From positions 19,885,432 to 19,949,431 of the forward strand of contig NC_092679.1 in assembly GCF_964355755.1 (NCBI RefSeq): 64,000 nt of DNA. Reading direction: 5' to 3'. Of this stretch, positions 57,506 to 64,000 are shown one piece after another. Each line of letters begins with the position of its first letter. Within the stretch, counting starts at the first letter, position 1. The notes under the pieces were generated by a model. It searched no databases. It worked only from the letters and a program-made list of their open reading frames with translations, and had not been told where the DNA came from. The translations under genes and the position numbers were made by a program. Origin of the DNA: Antedon mediterranea. Taxonomy: Eukaryota > Animalia > Echinodermata.

Positions 57506-59757
57506 ATGGTAAGTACTATTAAAATCTCTGAGATTGAGCAGTAATATTAATATTAATCTGTTTCGAGAATTAATATATACTTAGGCCACTGTATATTGTA
57601 ACTTGTGTAAAACTGCAAATCAGATAGGGATCGAGTCTTTCTTTTCTAACTGACGTCGTAGGAGACAAGAGCGTGTTACCAAATTGTTACTAGTAGACCA
57701 TCGTTAGACTGTCTTTATTGAATTGACCAACCCACCACCGACATTGAGCAGCCATATTCTTCATTCACGATTTTAAATCAGTATAACAATTAAATATTAA
57801 CCTTTATTTTCAGTCAACAGATTTAAAAATATGTACAATTGATCCTGAGCTATTAGCGGACTTGAAGAAGTTCCGTTTCACTAAGGAATCAGTTAATATG
57901 TGTATGATATGTAAGTTGCAAGTGGTATATTGTTTGGAGGAAAAAAGTATAGTTCAGTTTTAGACCGTACTGTAATTGAATATGGCTAAAAACAGTTTTT
58001 ATTACCTTTTTATTTTTCAGTAAAAATAGAAGTGGATACACAAACGATAAAGAAAGAAAAGACATTTGAGGTAAACTGAATATGTTGTGATCAGAGTGGA
58101 ACATTGCAATGAATTGGATGACTATACAATATCCCAGTGCTCTGTATCTCCACATACTATCTATTTCCGAAGTATTATAGGAATATTTGGTAATACAGCA
58201 TGCATCACATGTGGTGCCTGTAGGCCTATCATGTAAAGTTAGGTTACTAATAGATACATGTGAAACACATGTGATGTTCTATTTTTACTGCTGCAAACAT
58301 CACAGATTTGATTTCACGTAGGCGGGGGAAAACACGATTAGTGGAAGGGCATTTTCTTACGTTGCGTAAGCGTGGTTCCCACTAGCGATGTAACGCAAGG
58401 ACGTAAAAGCAACGCAAGCGTTTTAACCAATGAAAAGCGAAGTTATAGACAGTTAGCAATCACAAGCGAATAAGCCATCGCTTGTGATTGGTCAATTGAC
58501 TTGCGTTGCGTCGCTAGTGGGAACCACGCTTACGCAACGTAAGAAAATGCCCTTCCACTAATCGTGTTTTCCCCCGCCTACGTGAAATCAAATCTGTGAT
58601 GTTTGCAGCAGTAAAAATAGAAATGGATACACTAGCGTTAAAGACAGATAAGACGCTTGAAGTAAAAATGAAATCTCGTTAATATTTTTTTCGTAGAGAT
58701 CAAAGAGGAAAATGCAACTACAGTATTTTTCCGGGTGGTAGTTGTCCTAGAGGGGTGGTTGTCCGTGGGGATAGTTGTCCTAGAGAGTAATTGTCCTATG
58801 GGCCGTAATTGTCCTTAGGGCTAGTTGTCCAGGGGTGGTTGTCCGGATACACTATATCACGGTACGGTGTGCTCAGTTACCAATTTGCAGCAATTTCACT
58901 ATCCTCGTTGTATTTTTTTAGGATGTGTTACCGGAAAACATACACAAGGAATTACGTACAAATGAACCCAGATATATTGTCTACAATTACAAGTTCAGCC
59001 GTGACGATGGAAGAGTTACATACCCTGTGATTTTCATATTTATTAGTCCTGCTGGTAATACTGGCTAAATATTAATATTTTATATTTTTTTAAATTATTT
59101 TTTAAATATTATTATTGAATTTCATATTACAACATAGACTTGTTTTATTAATAATTAATTTATTTATCATTCATTGTTCATTCATTTTATATGCCAACAG
59201 ATTGCAAACCAGAGCTTCAGATGCTGTATGCAGGCTCTAAACTAAGTGTTGTTAACGCGTGTGGCATTTCAAAGGTTAGCATTGTTAATATATAAAAACA
59301 CATTTTTTTGTCCCGATTGCGGAGAGCGGCTGTTTTCACCTATCAAATCTAAAGCGTGGTTCCCACTAGCGACGCAGCGTAACGCAACACAATGACGTAC
59401 GGTATTGACGCAAAGTGCTGTAGCCTATTGCCTAATCAGAGTGGGAACAGACGACTGCACAAATTGCATGTTTGATTTCAAGCAGGCGGGGACAAACACA
59501 ACTATTGGAAGGGCATTTTCTTACGTTGCGTAGGTTGCGTTACGTTGGGTCAACAACAGGAACAAGATAGCAATAAAAACTGTTTATTTTAATTAAATTG
59601 CATTGATTTAATAAACTAAAAAACTACATTGTTAATATAAAAACGATGTCATTTGGTTAAATTATGTCTTCATTGTTTGTTATAGACGCTTGAGCTCCGA
59701 TCTGTAGAAGAATTCACTGAAGAATGGTTGAAGAAAAAGCTTAATGAAATGAAATAA
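57506..59757 (+). CDS. GMF: Chimeric GMF A3/B3 (A exons 1-3 + B exons 4-6; predicted 142 aa; extra B exon 3 at 58612-58661)
   Basis: Exons 57506-57508, 57814-57910, 58021-58070 (A-type), then 58922-59054, 59201-59274, 59686-59757 (B-type). Phases match and there are no stops if exactly one exon 3 is used. Confidence 0.7.
58277..58622. repeat. Perfect inverted repeat, 112-bp arms, 122-bp spacer
   Basis: 58277-58388 (TTCTATTTTTACTGCTGCAAAC..CCCACTAGCGA) is the reverse complement of 58511-58622 (TCGCTAGTGGG..GTTTGCAGCAGTAAAAATAGAA). Confidence 0.92.
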
Positions 59758-60149
59758 TGAAAGTATTAATTATCGTCGTATGAAATTGAAAATATATTGA
59801 ATGAGAAACAATTGAGAAACGAGATACAATAAAAAATATTGCACATTTATAATGTCAAAATATTGAATAAAAAAATACAATGATCATGGTAACAAGTTTG
59901 TTTACATAATCGCATTTTATTTTCTATTTATTATTAAATCAGTAAAACTGATACATCCGATGTTATGTCCTGTCGTCAGCACGTGTGTTTGTTTTTAAAT
60001 GTGCCGGCAATCAGGTCACAGGTCAAAGTCACTCGTGCGTGTTAATTTAGACAGTACACTTTTGTCACTTCCTGGTTTTGTATTTTTAGTTCAATCCTTG
60101 ATCGCCGCCCAATATAAATTTCTTCTTTCCCCTTTTAACTTTAAAAAAA

Positions 60150-61708
60150 ATGGTAAGTTGGGATCGTTGTACTAGGGGCCTAGTTTTAGGGCCGATCGAG
60201 TATCTTTCTCAGCTTTGATTATGTCCTTTTAATAGACCTAGCCTAGATATGTGAAGGCTCGACCGTCTCAGTGACTGTTAGGCCTAGTAGTATTGTCTGT
60301 CGGAATTTGATATAGTCAATGGGCAGTTCATAGAGGTATAAAACAGTTGAGTTCCTTATCCTAACTCCATGCTAAACAGTATCACGGCAGCTGTTTATTG
60401 AATTTATAGAGAAGTTTTGGGTACTAACTGGGTTTTAATATTCATATGATTTGGTGTTACTAACATTAACAAACAATGAACATGCTTATTAATTATAGAG
60501 TAATTATACCGTTGGCATTAATAATGAAATATTAATTATTATAACCTATTTATTTTCAGTCGTCCGAACTTAAAGTATGTGAAATTGATTCCGAGTTATT
60601 AGAGAACGTGAAAACGTTACGTCTCAAAAAAAACCCAAATAATGAATGTATGATATGTAAGTATACTACGATCGAGTATTAGAAAATAGTTCAGTTTTAG
60701 AGACATGTCATGTATACTATGCTAATCCTATATAGTGTTGAATGTGGCTAAAAACTACTGATTTTTGTTTTTCAGTAAAAATAGAAGTGGGTACACAAAC
60801 TGTAAAGATTGATGAAACATTTGAGGTAAAATCTGATTACAAATAATGTAAAATGAATGACCCAATAATGTATAATGACCCAATAATGTATAATGACCCA
60901 ATAATGTATAATGTCCCAATAATGTATAATGACAAAATAATGTATACAATTGTAATTGAGTGCAATAGTACTGTATATGAACACTGCTTTATTTGACTAT
61001 TTTCAGCAATTTATTAACTTATCATCATGTTTGTTTGTTTTCAGGATGTGTTACCAGAAGATATACAGGAGGAATTACCAGCTCATCAACCTAGATATGT
61101 TGTGTACAGCTACAAATTGAAACACGACGATGGCAGAATTTCCTACCCCTTTATATTCATATTCATTAGTCCTTCAGGTAAACTACCTACCTACTACTAT
61201 GTGTTTGACGTTGAATTATTAATCGTGAGATCGTGGTCCAATTCAACTCTGCCGCATTGCTTGTATCCTTAGACAAGACACTTTTCTTACATTTGCCCCT
61301 CTCCACCCAGGTGTATAAAATGGGTACTAGTTAGATTAAGACATAACTTTGTACCGATTACTAGCTGCTGCATTATTTTGGGAATAATTTTGATTTATAC
61401 ATTGTATATTGCATATTGAAATATATTCTATTTGGCAGGTGGTAAACCAGAGCTTCAAATGATGTATGCAGGATCTAAACTAAGCATTGTAAACGCGTGT
61501 GGCTTTACGAAGGTTAGCATTGTCAAGATTATGTAAAACAGACATTTTTCCTTCCATGATTTACAGTGTTAAAGTGATAAAATAGCAGCATATGTGTACA
61601 AACACTTTCTTCATCTACTGCTTTTGTTTGTTATAGGTGTTTGAGCTGCGATCTGTGGAAGAATTCACCGAAGAATGGTTGAAGAAAAAGCTTAGTTTCT
61701 TCCGATAA
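60150..61708 (+). CDS. GMF: Glia maturation factor, canonical-length copy C (142 aa)
   Basis: Exons 60150-60152, 60560-60656, 60776-60825, 61045-61177, 61439-61512, 61637-61708. Motifs [38 protein letters not shown], and [23 protein letters not shown] with the conserved C-terminal FF. ETS-like CACTTCCTGG at ~60066. Confidence 0.95.
60857..60947. repeat. 18-bp minisatellite (ATGACCCAATAATGTATA) x~5
   Basis: Direct tandem repeat in intron 3 of GMF copy C. Confidence 0.9.
61222..61335 (+). mobile_element. Degenerate CORE-like SINE fragment
   Basis: TCCTTAGACAAGACACTT..CCTCTCCACCCAGGTGTATAAAATGGGTAC resembles SINE central domains. Confidence 0.5.
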
Positions 61709-62798
61709 TCTACTATAACACCTCTGGCACAGGTCACAACGAGAGAAACCGCGGACGCTAAACTTTATAATGAAAGGGATGGTCAATACAATACAGATGA
61801 CTGAAGGGTTTTTAGTAGTAGTAGTGTGTTGCTGAGATTACATTTTGTCAGAGTTACCGGTTACCTAGCAAATAAAAAGATGCTGGTGAGAAATAAGTAT
61901 CATACCATTAATATATAACATAACATCCTCTTAAAAGTACATTAATATAATTGGGAAAATAAAATGAATACCTATAATTATGCTTCAAATAAGTAGGTCA
62001 TTTATTTGCCCTGACCTTTTTAGAGGAGGCACCCTAAAGTAGCATGTGATAGTAATTTAAGAAATAGTGGTAATTTTATCTATTTGATTTTTGTAGTTAA
62101 TTTTTTTGTACTGTTTATTAATTAGCTTTGTTTTTTATATAACAATGAAGAAGAGCGCAACAACATACTCTCTGTCCACTTTTGGTCAAATTTTATTTGT
62201 TAAAGATAATTTTTTATTGAAATCTTATTTTTAAAATTGATGTTCGCAATACAGTTATTACTGTACTATGCATTTTAAAGTCATAAACACAGTGCCTTAC
62301 AAACTTACTAAAGAAGGTTGGACATTCCTCTAAAATAAAAGAGAATTTGTATTTGTGTTATATATTTGTTATGAAAGCCATTGGCAGATGTGGGACATTG
62401 AAGTTTTGTAATCACTGAGCTTAAAAATTGTAAAATGAAGTACTTATTCCAATGTTTTATATTTTTGCATTTTTTACTGGTATTTAAATCTCCCCTTGGA
62501 TATTCCTACTGTATCAATAAACTCACAATAGGTACATTCGTTTTTGTACTAACCCTCACTTCTAAAACAAAGCTTTAAACAACCATAAAACTACTTTTAA
62601 AGTTCTGTAGAAGGTAATACATTGATAAAATGTCACTGTAAACATCAGGGATTTCATCACAATTTCAAATCATATAATTAGTGGTATATGTTGTGGTACA
62701 TGTTTTGGTACATGTTTTGGTACATTCCTTTGTTGGTCTCAGGAATTATGCATTATTATTTTATGCATTATTATTTATCAGGTCCTTTGTTGGTCTTA

Positions 62799-62959
62799 AG
62801 CTCTGTCTACACTATCAAACTTTATGTGTCAAAAAAATGTGATGTGCCCATATATGGACATGATGATGTCATATCACTACCATATTTAAGCATAGCACTA
62901 CCATATATGGGTACATCAAACTTTTTTGACACATAAAGTTTGATAGTGTAGACAGAGCT
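62799..62959. mobile_element. MITE family 1 (another, internally deleted, at 63716-63827)
   Basis: Long perfect TIRs AGCTCTGTCTACACTATCAAACTTTATGTGTCAAAAA / TTTTTGACACATAAAGTTTGATAGTGTAGACAGAGCT. Confidence 0.9.
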
Positions 62960-64000
62960 TAATGCATTATTATTTTTAATGGGTGGGGCTGTTGGCGCAC
63001 TTTACGGTATTAACTCTACTGAAAACTAGACTCTGACAATCAAACTTTCTGGAAAATAAGCGCTAAAGAACCGTGCGTGTTTGATTCATTAAATAATTAA
63101 GTAATTTTTGTGTACTAATTATATGTATAATATATATATTAATATCTATATTAATTTTGCATGGATTGTTGTACAGTTAAGAAGCTTACTAAGACAATCA
63201 TTTTTCATTTAAAGATATATTGTCCCCTAAAAATTAAATTTTTGTTGAATATGCCATTTTAATGTCGCATAATAGTTATTCACTTTGACCAAAAACTGGA
63301 TCGAAAAACGAAATTAATTAAAATTAATGTTTCTTTTGTTTTCTTTTTTTAAGTAAAATAATTATTTTTGTTACGTTTTTTCCTTTGGTTTATTAAAACT
63401 GCAAAATGTCTGATTTTATTTCCATGTTTTTGAAGGACAATATATCTTTAACTATTGAAAACAAAAAAATTTGTGTGCTTTTTTTTTTAGTTTGAGTAGT
63501 AGAGGTTTATGTGAGCAGAAGATTTTGTTGATGTTATTCAAAACTCAATATAATAACTATTAAATTATAGTCGATCATGAAATAAATTAACACAAATTTA
63601 AAAAGACGGTCTTAATTTCATTTTGTAACAGAACAGTAACATTTATTCCTAAAAATACATTACACTATTTCAGATTATAACATACCCACGACTAAATTTT
63701 AATATTTTAGACTAAAGCTCTGTCTACACTATCAAACTTTGTGACAAAAAATTTGATGTGCCCATATATGGACATATTTGGGAAAACACTTTTTTTTGTA
63801 AACTAGTTTGATAGTGTAGACAGAGCTTTACACAGTATTATTTATGGCAGTTCTCAATATTCTGCTCAATGATAAAGAGAGAAAAAAGAAAGTAAAGAGA
63901 AGATATTTGCACCACAACTTTTGATCAAATCTATCTATATTACCATTTTAAGTGAAAATAAAACAAATTACAGTAGGAACCCTCCTTCAGGACACCCCTT

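Noticed and set aside
60755-60984. Repetitive ORFs (LLGHYT)n and (IIHYWV)n
   Set aside because: They arise from the 18-bp intronic minisatellite in GMF copy C.

Overview
AT-rich metazoan (invertebrate-like) genomic DNA with spliced genes, so the ORF track shows mostly exon fragments and antisense shadows. Gene order: TTBK (tau-tubulin kinase; minus strand, 10 coding exons in the window, the last >5.1 kb and open to the left edge); COMMD1 (minus) head-to-head with COQ6 (plus); TARBP1/TRM3 (minus, 24 exons, two GC-AG introns). After these comes a young tandem array of glia maturation factor (GMF, ADF-H family) genes on the plus strand: two intact A-type copies, a B copy lacking its ATG exon, a truncated B copy, an A/B chimera joined through a 112-bp-arm perfect palindrome, and the ancestral-looking 142-aa copy. 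Introns carry two PIF/Harbinger-like MITE families (one amplified into a 6-unit tandem array), Deu-domain and other tRNA-derived SINEs, and minisatellites. One TARBP1 intron holds a (TA)n-embedded composite of a Penelope-type minimal hammerhead ribozyme next to a fully paired tRNA-like cloverleaf with the unusual anticodon ATC. All exon boundaries were read by eye; no database searches were run.
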